A stretch of DNA of 32,000 nt from positions 1,402 to 33,401 of the forward strand of contig JADFZZ010000041.1 of NCBI GenBank assembly GCA_015232315.1, given 5' to 3'. The DNA comes from SAR324 cluster bacterium. Lineage in GTDB: Bacteria; SAR324; NAC60-12. Below the pieces are notes generated by a model that was not told the origin of the DNA, did not search any database, and saw nothing but the letters and a program-made list of their open reading frames with translations. A program made the position numbers and the translations under genes. Positions within the stretch are counted from its first letter, which is position 1. Every line of letters starts with the position of its first letter. Below are positions 8,574-16,750 of the stretch, piece by piece.

Positions 8574-10364
8574 ATGCAAGATGCGTCAACAAATGAAACA
8601 GTGCTGGTGATTGATGATGATGAACTTGTTCAGGAAATGCTGTTCGAATTCCTGTCAGACAGTGGCTACAGGGTGCTGGTCGCGGCCAACGGTCAAACAG
8701 CTCTTGAAATTTATGAACGTGAATCGCCCAATGTCATCATCACCGACCTGCGAATGCCGGAAATGGATGGCATCGGTTTTTTGAAAAAACTGCCTCGTAA
8801 AACCGCTATTAGTCCGGCCGTGATCGTCTTGACAGGTTATGACACCATGGATGAACTCGATCTCAGCTATGATCTGGGCGTCTACGCGTTTCTGAGAAAG
8901 CCTGCCAATCTGCATGAAATTTCCGGAATCGTCAGGAATGCGGCCATGCTATGTTCCTATGATGAACAGTTGCGACGGGAAAAAGATTCGTTGAAACAAG
9001 CCTATATCACTATTGAGGAAGAACAGCGAGCTAACCAGAAAATGCATCGTGAACTGGAAGAAAAACATCTTGTGCTGCAAAAAACATTTGAAAGCATGGC
9101 CGAAGGTGTCGCGGTTCTGGACACCCTGTTCCAGATCCATATGATCTCTCACAAGGCTTGCAAGATCCTCGGAGTTGAAGAAACCAGTGTCCTTAATAAA
9201 CCGGCAGCGGCTATTTTAGGAACTGAAATCGCCGGCCCCTCCGGAGAATTGATTAAAAACAGCCCCATTCGGGAACCGCTCTATAATATCTCCACCAATC
9301 TGTTGTCTCCGTCTGGTACGGTTATTCCTGTTCAGTTGTCCATCATTCCACTGGAACCGGAAATTTATCCGGGTTGGATGCTCCTGTTCCGGGATATCCG
9401 GAATGAAGAAAAGCAGACCCGTGAAACCTCGGGGGGCATACGCTTTGGAAAAATGATCAGTTGCGATTCGGTCATGCATGAAATCTTCAGTCTGGTGGAT
9501 AAAGTCGCCTTGAGTAATGCCACTGTTCTCATTGAGGGCGAAAGCGGAACAGGCAAGGATGTCCTTGCGCGTGAAATCCATGCCAGAAGTCACAGGGCAC
9601 AAGGTCCCTTCCACACGGTGAATTGCGCGGCCATTTCCCCCCATCTGCTGGAAAGCGAATTTTTCGGGCATGAGCGGGGAGCCTTCACAGGAGCGTCTTA
9701 TACCAAACAGGGACGTTTTGAACTGGCAAATAACGGAACCCTGTTTCTTGACGAAGTGGGCGAAATTCCGCTGGAACTCCAGGGAAAACTCCTGAGAGTT
9801 CTTCAGGATCGTTCCTTTGAGAGAGTTGGTGGAACAAAAACGATTCAGGTGAATGTTCGCATCATCGCAGCCACCAACCGTGATTTGAAGCAATTGACTG
9901 ACGAAAAATTATTCCGGACTGATCTGTATTTTCGCTTGCATGTTGTTCCCTTCAGACTTCCCGCCTTGAGAGACCGTATTCAGGATCTGCACCTACTCAT
10001 CCAGCAGTTGATTCAGGAGTTCAACAAACGTGAAAACCGTAATGTCAAAGGTGTGGATAAAGAGGTCCTGCAACGGTTTCTGCAGCATTCATGGCCGGGG
10101 AATATCAGGGAATTGTATCATTTACTGGAATACGCGTTTGCGGTCAGTTCTGAAGACACGTTGATGATCCAGCATTTTCCACCTGAATTCATCGCATCAC
10201 TGGTTGATACACAGGAGTTGCCTATTCCAGACAGCGAGCGTGAATTTTTGTTACAGGCTCTGCAACGGGTAAATTTCAGAAAATCCAAAGCCGCCGCCCT
10301 GGTGGGAATGCATCGGTCTACGTTTTACCGTAAAATGAAAAAATACGGACTTCAGGGGAGTTGA
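8574..10364 (+). CDS. sigma54-dependent response regulator (REC-PAS-AAA+-Fis-type HTH), NtrC family
   Basis: REC domain with DDDE acidic pocket and ITDLRMPEMDG. AAA+ core with GESGTGKDVLAREIH, ESEFFGHERGAFTGA (GAFTGA sigma54-contact loop), LFLDEVGE and RIIAATNRDL. C-terminal HTH AAALVGMHRSTFYRKMKKYGL. Confidence 0.9.
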   Translation: MQDASTNETVLVIDDDELVQEMLFEFLSDSGYRVLVAANGQTALEIYERESPNVIITDLRMPEMDGIGFLKKLPRKTAISPAVIVLTGYDTMDELDLSYDLGVYAFLRKPANLHEISGIVRNAAMLCSYDEQLRREKDSLKQAYITIEEEQRANQKMHRELEEKHLVLQKTFESMAEGVAVLDTLFQIHMISHKACKILGVEETSVLNKPAAAILGTEIAGPSGELIKNSPIREPLYNISTNLLSPSGTVIPVQLSIIPLEPEIYPGWMLLFRDIRNEEKQTRETSGGIRFGKMISCDSVMHEIFSLVDKVALSNATVLIEGESGTGKDVLAREIHARSHRAQGPFHTVNCAAISPHLLESEFFGHERGAFTGASYTKQGRFELANNGTLFLDEVGEIPLELQGKLLRVLQDRSFERVGGTKTIQVNVRIIAATNRDLKQLTDEKLFRTDLYFRLHVVPFRLPALRDRIQDLHLLIQQLIQEFNKRENRNVKGVDKEVLQRFLQHSWPGNIRELYHLLEYAFAVSSEDTLMIQHFPPEFIASLVDTQELPIPDSEREFLLQALQRVNFRKSKAAALVGMHRSTFYRKMKKYGLQGS

Positions 10365-10366
10365 TT

Positions 10367-12763
10367 ATGGCCGATGTTACTTTTCTGCTGGGAACAGGCC
10401 TCGGAGTACTGTTTTGCGGACTATGCTGGATTGTTCATTACTGGTTCGTTCTGCGAAAGAAGCAGTCAGGCAATTCCGCAATGAGTCAGAACATTGACGA
10501 AGATGGGCAGACTTCCAATAACATCAGGTTTACAACCACTGAGGTTCAGCAGCGGGCGATTCTGGACGCAATCCATGACGCGATGTTTCGTATCAGGAAA
10601 GATGGCCCCTTCTATGATTTTATTCCGGCTGAAAATTTTAACAAAATCATTTCAGGTTCGTTGTCGAATGAAAACGAACTCACCTCCCTGAACATTGCCC
10701 GAGAATCACTGCATTACCTGAAAGCCATGGAACATATTCAACTGATTCTGGAATCGGAAGGTCCGTTGGTTTATGAATATCATGTGGAACTGGAACATCA
10801 AAAAAAAGATTATGAAGCACGCATGGTTCGCAGTGGTGAGAATGAAGTTCTGATCATCGTCCGGGATGTCACTGAACACAACCGCACAAGAAATACCTTG
10901 ACCCGCTTCCGTTTTTTTATGGATCAGGCCGGTGAAGCCATTTTGCTGGTTGATCCCGAAACTCGAAAAATCATAGATTTCAACAAAACCGCCACCGATT
11001 ATCTTCAATATTCCGCGGCAGAGCTTCATGGTCTCCTGCTTGAAAATATCCGTTCTGATCAGTTCACCCAGACCCCGAGGAAGTGGAAGGAATATCTGGA
11101 AATGCTGCGTAGTATGGACAAACCGCTGGTTACCCAGGGCACCTTTCATCGCAAGGATCGTTCGTGGTTTTATACGGAAACAGTGGCCTCAACCCAGGTG
11201 TTTGAAGACCAGGAATATCTGTTGCTGACGATTAGAGACATCACCGAACGGAAAGAAGCCGGAGAGCAACTCGCACGGCTGGTTACGGCTATTGAACAAA
11301 TGGCGGAATCCATCATCGTCACGGATCCCAACGGGATTATTCTATATGTCAATCCGGCATTCCGAAACACCACCGGCTTTCAAGGATTTGAGGTCATCGG
11401 GCACCGTCCCAGTATTCTGAAAAGCGGACTTCATGATACGGTGTTTTATGAAAACCTGTGGAAAACCATTCAGGAGGGAAATGTGTGGCACGGGCATATT
11501 TTCAACCGTAAAAAATCTGGAGATCTGCTCCAGGTGAACTCCACTATTTCACCTGTTTTGGATGCGGCGGGGCACATCATCAATTTCATTGCGATCCAAC
11601 ATGATGTGACCTATGAAAAACAATTAGAATCCCACATACGGCAGTCGCAGAAAATGGAAGCCATCGGGACGCTTGCCGGAGGAATTGCCCATGATTTTAA
11701 TAACATGCTGTTTGCCATGATGGGGTATACCGAAATGGCGAGTCAAAAGCTGCCACGCAACTCCAGACCCCGACAGCAACTGGAAGAAGTGCTGCAGGTG
11801 GGACAACGGGCAAAAGAGCTGATTCAGCAGATTTTAACCTTCAGTCGCAGAAATGAGCAGGAGTTCCGGACGTTCCAGATTCAACCACTGGTGAAAGAAG
11901 TGATTAAAATGATCAAGGCGACACTTCCCTCAACCATTCAGGTTCATGAAATAGTTCCGGAAGAATTGCCGGTAATCACGGGTGATTCAACCCAGATCCA
12001 TCAGGTGCTGATCAATTTATTCACCAATGCGGCTTATGCCATGAAAGAAAAAGGCGGTTTGCTGGAAATTGAACTCTCCGCAGTCATGCTGGACAAAGAC
12101 CAGTCCCAATGGTTATCACTGACTCCCGGAAATTATATTCTGATCGCGATCAAAGATACAGGTGTTGGTATTCCCCCTGAAATTCTGCATCGGATATTTG
12201 ATCCTTTTTTTACGACAAAACCCGTGGATGAAGGAACAGGCATGGGCTTGGCCGTAGTGCATGGAATCGTGGAAAACCATCATGGAACAATCAGTGTTGA
12301 AAGCACACCGGGCAAAGGAAGTGTTTTCAATGTTTACCTGCCGGCTTCCAGGGGTGAACATCCGGTTGTTGAGAAAAAGATCAAACAGCGCATCAAAGGA
12401 AAAGGCCGAATCATAATGGTGGATGATGAGCCGATTCTGGCGGAAATGGTCAAAGAGATGTTGATGACAGCAGGTTTTTCGGTAGAGGCCTACACAAACA
12501 GTCAAATCACCCTGGACGCCTTTACTAATAATCCGCATAACTATGACATTCTGATCACAGACCAGACCATGCCGGAAATGTCCGGCGTCGCTTTGGCCGA
12601 GGCTGTTGCCGGAATCAGACCTGAATTTCCGGTGATTCTGATCTCCGGCCAAATTGATCGGGCCTTAACCATCAACGCTACCAATATTGTCGCGGTATTG
12701 GGTAAACCTATTTCGTCACAGGAACTTATTAACGAAATCAAGAAAGCTATCAGCGATCATTGA
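10367..12763 (+). CDS. hybrid sensor histidine kinase (TM - multiple PAS - HisKA - HATPase_c - REC)
   Basis: N-terminal TM helix, followed by PAS-like repeats that each end in a motif such as RDITERK or QHDVTYEK. H-box GGIAHDFNNML; ATPase boxes NLFTNAAYAM, DTGVGIPPE and GTGMGLAVVHGIV; C-terminal receiver IIMVDDEP...ITDQTMPEMSG. GGGGAG Shine-Dalgarno 6 nt before ATG 10367; the ORF-track start TTG 10361 is less likely. Confidence 0.9.
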   Translation: MADVTFLLGTGLGVLFCGLCWIVHYWFVLRKKQSGNSAMSQNIDEDGQTSNNIRFTTTEVQQRAILDAIHDAMFRIRKDGPFYDFIPAENFNKIISGSLSNENELTSLNIARESLHYLKAMEHIQLILESEGPLVYEYHVELEHQKKDYEARMVRSGENEVLIIVRDVTEHNRTRNTLTRFRFFMDQAGEAILLVDPETRKIIDFNKTATDYLQYSAAELHGLLLENIRSDQFTQTPRKWKEYLEMLRSMDKPLVTQGTFHRKDRSWFYTETVASTQVFEDQEYLLLTIRDITERKEAGEQLARLVTAIEQMAESIIVTDPNGIILYVNPAFRNTTGFQGFEVIGHRPSILKSGLHDTVFYENLWKTIQEGNVWHGHIFNRKKSGDLLQVNSTISPVLDAAGHIINFIAIQHDVTYEKQLESHIRQSQKMEAIGTLAGGIAHDFNNMLFAMMGYTEMASQKLPRNSRPRQQLEEVLQVGQRAKELIQQILTFSRRNEQEFRTFQIQPLVKEVIKMIKATLPSTIQVHEIVPEELPVITGDSTQIHQVLINLFTNAAYAMKEKGGLLEIELSAVMLDKDQSQWLSLTPGNYILIAIKDTGVGIPPEILHRIFDPFFTTKPVDEGTGMGLAVVHGIVENHHGTISVESTPGKGSVFNVYLPASRGEHPVVEKKIKQRIKGKGRIIMVDDEPILAEMVKEMLMTAGFSVEAYTNSQITLDAFTNNPHNYDILITDQTMPEMSGVALAEAVAGIRPEFPVILISGQIDRALTINATNIVAVLGKPISSQELINEIKKAISDH

Positions 12764-12779
12764 TCCTCTGAGTTCCACA

Positions 12780-12820
12780 GCGTCCGTCAAAGTCGTTTGA
12801 GACGCCCGGATTTGCGTTTC
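12780..12820 (+). terminator. possible rho-independent terminator after the kinase gene
   Basis: Bulged hairpin GCGTC-cg-TCAAA-gtcg-TTTGA-GACGC (12780-12805), followed by a moderately T-rich tail CCGGATTTGCGTTTCTG. The stem is interrupted and the tail is weak. Confidence 0.3.
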
Positions 12821-12831
12821 TGAAAACTTGA

Positions 12832-12862
12832 CTATAAAAATAGTTTCATGAAACTTTTATAG
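12832..12862. promoter_or_regulatory. 31-nt AT-rich near-palindrome upstream of ilvD (candidate operator)
   Basis: CTATAAAA-ata-AGTTTCATGAAACT-TTTATAG. The core AGTTTCATGAAACT (12842-12855) is a perfect 14-nt palindrome and the outer arms CTATAAAA/TTTTATAG are complementary. It overlaps a TTGACT hexamer at 12828-12833. Confidence 0.3.
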
Positions 12863-12924
12863 AAAATGTTCCATTCCATTCCACGGAATGTTCCGCAATG
12901 ATCACCTCTAATCAGAAAAGCGCT

Positions 12925-14778
12925 ATGGGAAAATTCAGGAGTAGCACCAGCACCCAGGGAAGAAATATGGCCGGAGCCCGATCGCTCTGGCGTGCGACCG
13001 GATTCAAAGATGAAGATTTCAACAAGCCGATCATCGCCATCGCCAATTCATTTACCCAGTTTGTGCCAGGACATGTGCATCTGCATGACATCGGTCAACG
13101 GGTCAAAAAAGTGATTGATGCCAATGGTGGCGTCGGGGTGGAATTCAATACCATTGCCATTGATGATGGTATCGCCATGGGCCATGATGGAATGCTGTAT
13201 TCCCTGCCCAGTCGGGATTTGATTGCGGATTCCGTAGAATATATGGTCAACGCGCATTGCGCCGATGCCATGATTTGTATCAGTAACTGTGACAAGATCA
13301 CTCCTGGAATGTTGATGGCGGCCATGCGGTTGAACATTCCTGCCATCTTTGTTTCCGGAGGACCGATGGAAGCCGGCAAGGTGGGTGAAGCGAAATTTGA
13401 TCTCATTGATGTGATGATTGCCGGAGGAAATGATTCTGTGGCTGAGGATGACCTCGGACGTCTGGAACGTTCCGCCTGTCCCACTTGCGGTTCCTGCTCA
13501 GGCATGTTCACCGCCAACAGTATGAATTGTCTGAATGAAGCGCTGGGCTTGGCCTTCCCCGGCAACGGCACCATTGTCGCGACTCATACCAGCCGTTGGA
13601 AATTGTTTGAACAGGCGGGGAAACGCATTGTCGAAATGGCACGCTCCTATTATTTGGAGGATGATGCTTCTGTGTTGCCACGGTCCATCGCGACGCTGGA
13701 TGCCTTTAAAAACGCGATGGCACTGGATATCGCCATGGGCGGTTCCACCAACACCGTATTGCATATTCTGGCCATTGCCCAGGAAGCCGGAGTGGATTAT
13801 ACCATGAAACATATTGATGAGATCTCCCGTCATGTTCCGACCCTGTGTAAGGTCGCGCCTTCCTCCCATTATCATGTGGAAGATGTGCATCGGGCTGGCG
13901 GCATCATGGCCATTTTGGAGGAATTGATTCCTACAGGGTTGATCCAGCAGGCATGTCGGACCATTTCAGGAAAAACCATCGGGGAACAGATTGAGGCTTT
14001 CAGCATTCGTCAATCGCCCAACAGTCAGGCAAAGATGCTCTACAAGGCGGCACCCGGTGGGATTCCGACCCAGATCGCATTTTCACAAAACTCCCAATAC
14101 TCAGTTCTGGATACAGATTCGGTCAAGGGTTGTATCCGTTCAGTGGAACATGCCTACAGTAAGGAAGGGGGCTTGTGTGTGCTGTATGGAAACATTGCGG
14201 AAGATGGCTGTATTGTAAAAACTGCCGGTGTGGATGAAAGCATCTGGAAATTCGAAGGCCCTGCCCGGATTTTTCATTCCCAGGATGCGGCCTGCGATGC
14301 CATTTTAGGCAATCAGATCAAGGAAGGCGATGTCGTAGTGATTCGTTATGAAGGTCCCAAAGGCGGACCTGGCATGCAGGAAATGCTATATCCCACATCC
14401 TTCATCAAATCTAAAAATCTGGGAAAAACCTGTGCCTTGATCACCGATGGACGTTTCAGCGGCGGCACTTCAGGTTTGAGCATTGGTCATGTTTCTCCGG
14501 AAGCGGCAGAAGGGGGAGCGATTGGCCTGGTGGAAGAAGGCGATCTCATTGTGATTGATATTCCCAATCGGCGGCTGGATGTCAAACTTGCTCAGGGAGA
14601 ACTGGAACAACGACGAAGCACTATGGAAGCCAAAGGTCCGGAAGCCTGGACACCAGGACCCAGGCCACGTGTTGTGTCCAAGGCGTTGGAAGCCTATAGC
14701 ATGATGGTTACAAGTGCGGCCAAAGGCGGAGTGCGGGATCTGAGCCAGTTGAAAGCTTCCCGTCCAGCCAAATTCTGA
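12925..14778 (+). CDS. ilvD: dihydroxy-acid dehydratase
   Basis: [26 protein letters not shown]... is collinear with enterobacterial IlvD as I recall it ([26 protein letters not shown]). Also present: [28 protein letters not shown] (Fe-S ligands) and [12 protein letters not shown]. Start set at ATG 12925 by N-terminal homology; the in-frame ATG at 12898 is an alternative. Confidence 0.95.
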   Translation: MGKFRSSTSTQGRNMAGARSLWRATGFKDEDFNKPIIAIANSFTQFVPGHVHLHDIGQRVKKVIDANGGVGVEFNTIAIDDGIAMGHDGMLYSLPSRDLIADSVEYMVNAHCADAMICISNCDKITPGMLMAAMRLNIPAIFVSGGPMEAGKVGEAKFDLIDVMIAGGNDSVAEDDLGRLERSACPTCGSCSGMFTANSMNCLNEALGLAFPGNGTIVATHTSRWKLFEQAGKRIVEMARSYYLEDDASVLPRSIATLDAFKNAMALDIAMGGSTNTVLHILAIAQEAGVDYTMKHIDEISRHVPTLCKVAPSSHYHVEDVHRAGGIMAILEELIPTGLIQQACRTISGKTIGEQIEAFSIRQSPNSQAKMLYKAAPGGIPTQIAFSQNSQYSVLDTDSVKGCIRSVEHAYSKEGGLCVLYGNIAEDGCIVKTAGVDESIWKFEGPARIFHSQDAACDAILGNQIKEGDVVVIRYEGPKGGPGMQEMLYPTSFIKSKNLGKTCALITDGRFSGGTSGLSIGHVSPEAAEGGAIGLVEEGDLIVIDIPNRRLDVKLAQGELEQRRSTMEAKGPEAWTPGPRPRVVSKALEAYSMMVTSAAKGGVRDLSQLKASRPAKF

Positions 14779-14940
14779 AGCTGATCCTGAGGAATCACGG
14801 TGGTTGTACTCATGAATCCTTCGTCAAAGTTTGTTTCACATTCCGGGCTATAGTCATCAGTTCGCCAATCAACGGAAAAAACCGTACAAGACCATACCGG
14901 AAATGATAAGTACCTGATCAAAAGTTTTTAACATTAATCT

Positions 14941-15130
14941 GGTTCCCTACCTCTGGTGCAAGGCTGTTAAGTTAAGAAATTACCTGCGAGAAAATCCCCC
15001 TTTTCAAAGGGGGCATGGGGGATTTAAAGCTCAGAATAACATCCCCCTAACCCCCTTAAACCAAGGGGGAATTGGTGCCAGTGACTTCACAGAGCTTAAC
15101 TTAACAGACGTGTACCTCTGGTGGGGAACC
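14941..15130. repeat. 190-bp MITE/REP-like element with 36-nt imperfect terminal inverted repeats and internal C5/G5 hairpins
   Basis: The left arm GGTTCCCTACCTCTGGTGCAAGGCTGTTAAGTTAAG (14941-14976) matches the reverse complement of the right arm (15095-15130) at 29 of 36 positions by my count, including perfect GGTTCCC and CTGTTAAGTTAAG blocks. Internal hairpins are CCCCCTTttcAAGGGGG (14996-15013) and CCCCCTTaaaccAAGGGGG (15051-15069). It lies between the convergent genes ilvD and 15199..15708. Confidence 0.6.
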
Positions 15131-15198
15131 GGAAAAACATGGGATTTCACCAGAATTTGCAAGAAGCATACGCCTAACACGAGTTATTGATTTTCCGG

Positions 15199-15708
15199 TT
15201 AGCCGTTCTCAGGTGAACTTTTTGAAGCTACTGCAAATCTTTTTTCCAGTAGCGGTTTCAATACGGACTTCAATTGAACGGATACCTCTTCAAAACTCAT
15301 CTGATTGATTTCCAGCACTTCATCCTGTAAAAATGAATTTACAATAGCCAGCGTGATGGCTACCCTGTCGATCTCTTCAATAGTCATGTCCTTATTGAAT
15401 GTGAACTTTTCACGAATCAGGTCATACAGTTCAGAACATACAAAATGAATAATGCGTGGTCCTGTGGAATTGCGTACAAACCTGAAGATTTCTTCAAACC
15501 GGAACAGGATCATGAGCAAACTTTCACGTTGAGAAAGAGTGCCTTTGGTAATGATGCCTGCTTGATTCGCATACAAGCTGATCCAGCGTTTTTCAAGGTC
15601 CTTCAGTTGAAAACTGAGTTCTTCCCATAAAAAGCGATCAACAGATGGTGGTTTGTCAAATACATAAGCTTTTTCATATGAAAAAACTTGTTCCAGAAAT
15701 TGGCTCAT
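15199..15708 (-). CDS. hypothetical protein (169 aa, predicted helical, no recognisable domain)
   Basis: Clean 169-aa ORF with GAGGAGGGA directly upstream of its ATG on the minus strand (reverse complement of 15709-15720). No motif I recognise. Confidence 0.6.
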   Translation of the reverse strand: MSQFLEQVFSYEKAYVFDKPPSVDRFLWEELSFQLKDLEKRWISLYANQAGIITKGTLSQRESLLMILFRFEEIFRFVRNSTGPRIIHFVCSELYDLIREKFTFNKDMTIEEIDRVAITLAIVNSFLQDEVLEINQMSFEEVSVQLKSVLKPLLEKRFAVASKSSPENG

Positions 15709-15802
15709 GTCCCTCCTCGGTTAGTAATTATATGATGAATAATGCCTACAATGAATTTGCCTATGAAAAAACTCAAATGGTTTTTCAGGGGATTTTCAAA
15801 AA

Positions 15803-16750
15803 ATGAAACATTTATTTGTGAAATATGACTCGGCCCTGGCTTTCAGAACGCTAGTAACCATCTCCATGCTTTGGACAGTGCCCTTCATCACGGGTTGTAA
15901 TTCACTGTTTTACTTCCCGAGCAGACACATATTTTCAACCCCGGATCAGGTGGGGCTGCTCTATGAACCTGTGACCTTCAGGCATGAAAGCGGCCCCCAA
16001 CTCTCAGGTTGGTTCATTCCAGCGTTTGATACCACAGAACCAGCACAGGGAACGGTGGTTCAAATTCACGGTAACGCTGAAAACATGACCAGCCATTGGT
16101 TCTCGCTGGCATGGATGCCATTTTCCCGGTTCAATCTGTTTACCTTTGACTATCGGGGTTATGGCGGCTCGGAAGGAATACCGGAGATAGAAGGAACCAT
16201 TCAGGATGTCAAATCGGCCATCGCTTATGTGCAGTCCCGCACAGATGTTGACAAAACCCGATTGATTGTGATTGGGCAAAGCCTGGGGGGCGCCTTGAGC
16301 ATTGCGGCACTGGCTCAACCCTCTGAAATCAAGGTGCCCATGCTGATTGTGGAAAATACGTTTTCTTCCTATCAACGCATTGCCCGTGAAAAACTTCAGG
16401 AATCATGGATTTTATGGCATTGGCATTTATGGGCGCCTGATCTTCTGATTGATGACACCTACAGTCCGGAATCATTGATTGCAAAAATCCATGATATTCC
16501 GATACTCTTCATTCATGGAACCAACGACCAGGTGATTTCATACCATCATTCCCTGATCTTGTATGAAAAAGCCAATGTTCCCAAATACCTGTGGATTTTG
16601 CCACAAGGTCAGCATCTCAGCACCTTTCATACGGCAAACAACAGAAAAAACCTGCTGGATTTTATTCAAACCAAACTGCCTCAAACGGACAAACCGAAAT
16701 CATTGCCGCTGGTAACTCATGATTTTGTCTGGGAACCCCAAACCCGGTGA
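15803..16750 (+). CDS. alpha/beta-fold serine hydrolase, probable lipoprotein (BEM46/ABHD13-like)
   Basis: HGNAENM oxyanion-region motif, GQSLGG nucleophile elbow (GxSxG), downstream IHGTNDQV (Asp) and QGQH (His). N-terminal hydrophobic segment ends in the lipobox-like ITGC. Confidence 0.8.
   Translation: MKHLFVKYDSALAFRTLVTISMLWTVPFITGCNSLFYFPSRHIFSTPDQVGLLYEPVTFRHESGPQLSGWFIPAFDTTEPAQGTVVQIHGNAENMTSHWFSLAWMPFSRFNLFTFDYRGYGGSEGIPEIEGTIQDVKSAIAYVQSRTDVDKTRLIVIGQSLGGALSIAALAQPSEIKVPMLIVENTFSSYQRIAREKLQESWILWHWHLWAPDLLIDDTYSPESLIAKIHDIPILFIHGTNDQVISYHHSLILYEKANVPKYLWILPQGQHLSTFHTANNRKNLLDFIQTKLPQTDKPKSLPLVTHDFVWEPQTR

Noticed and set aside
11486-11502. TGGCAC hexamer as a possible sigma54 -24 element (similar partial hits near 13638, 13721, 26708 and 29908)
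   Set aside because: None is followed by a TTGC-type -12 element at the N5 spacing, and all are inside coding sequence. No credible sigma54 promoter is identified in the window.
14694-14921. 75-aa minus-strand ORF overlapping the ilvD 3' end
   Set aside because: It overlaps the conserved ilvD C-terminus in antisense, and I noticed neither an obvious ribosome-binding site nor any motif. Probably spurious.
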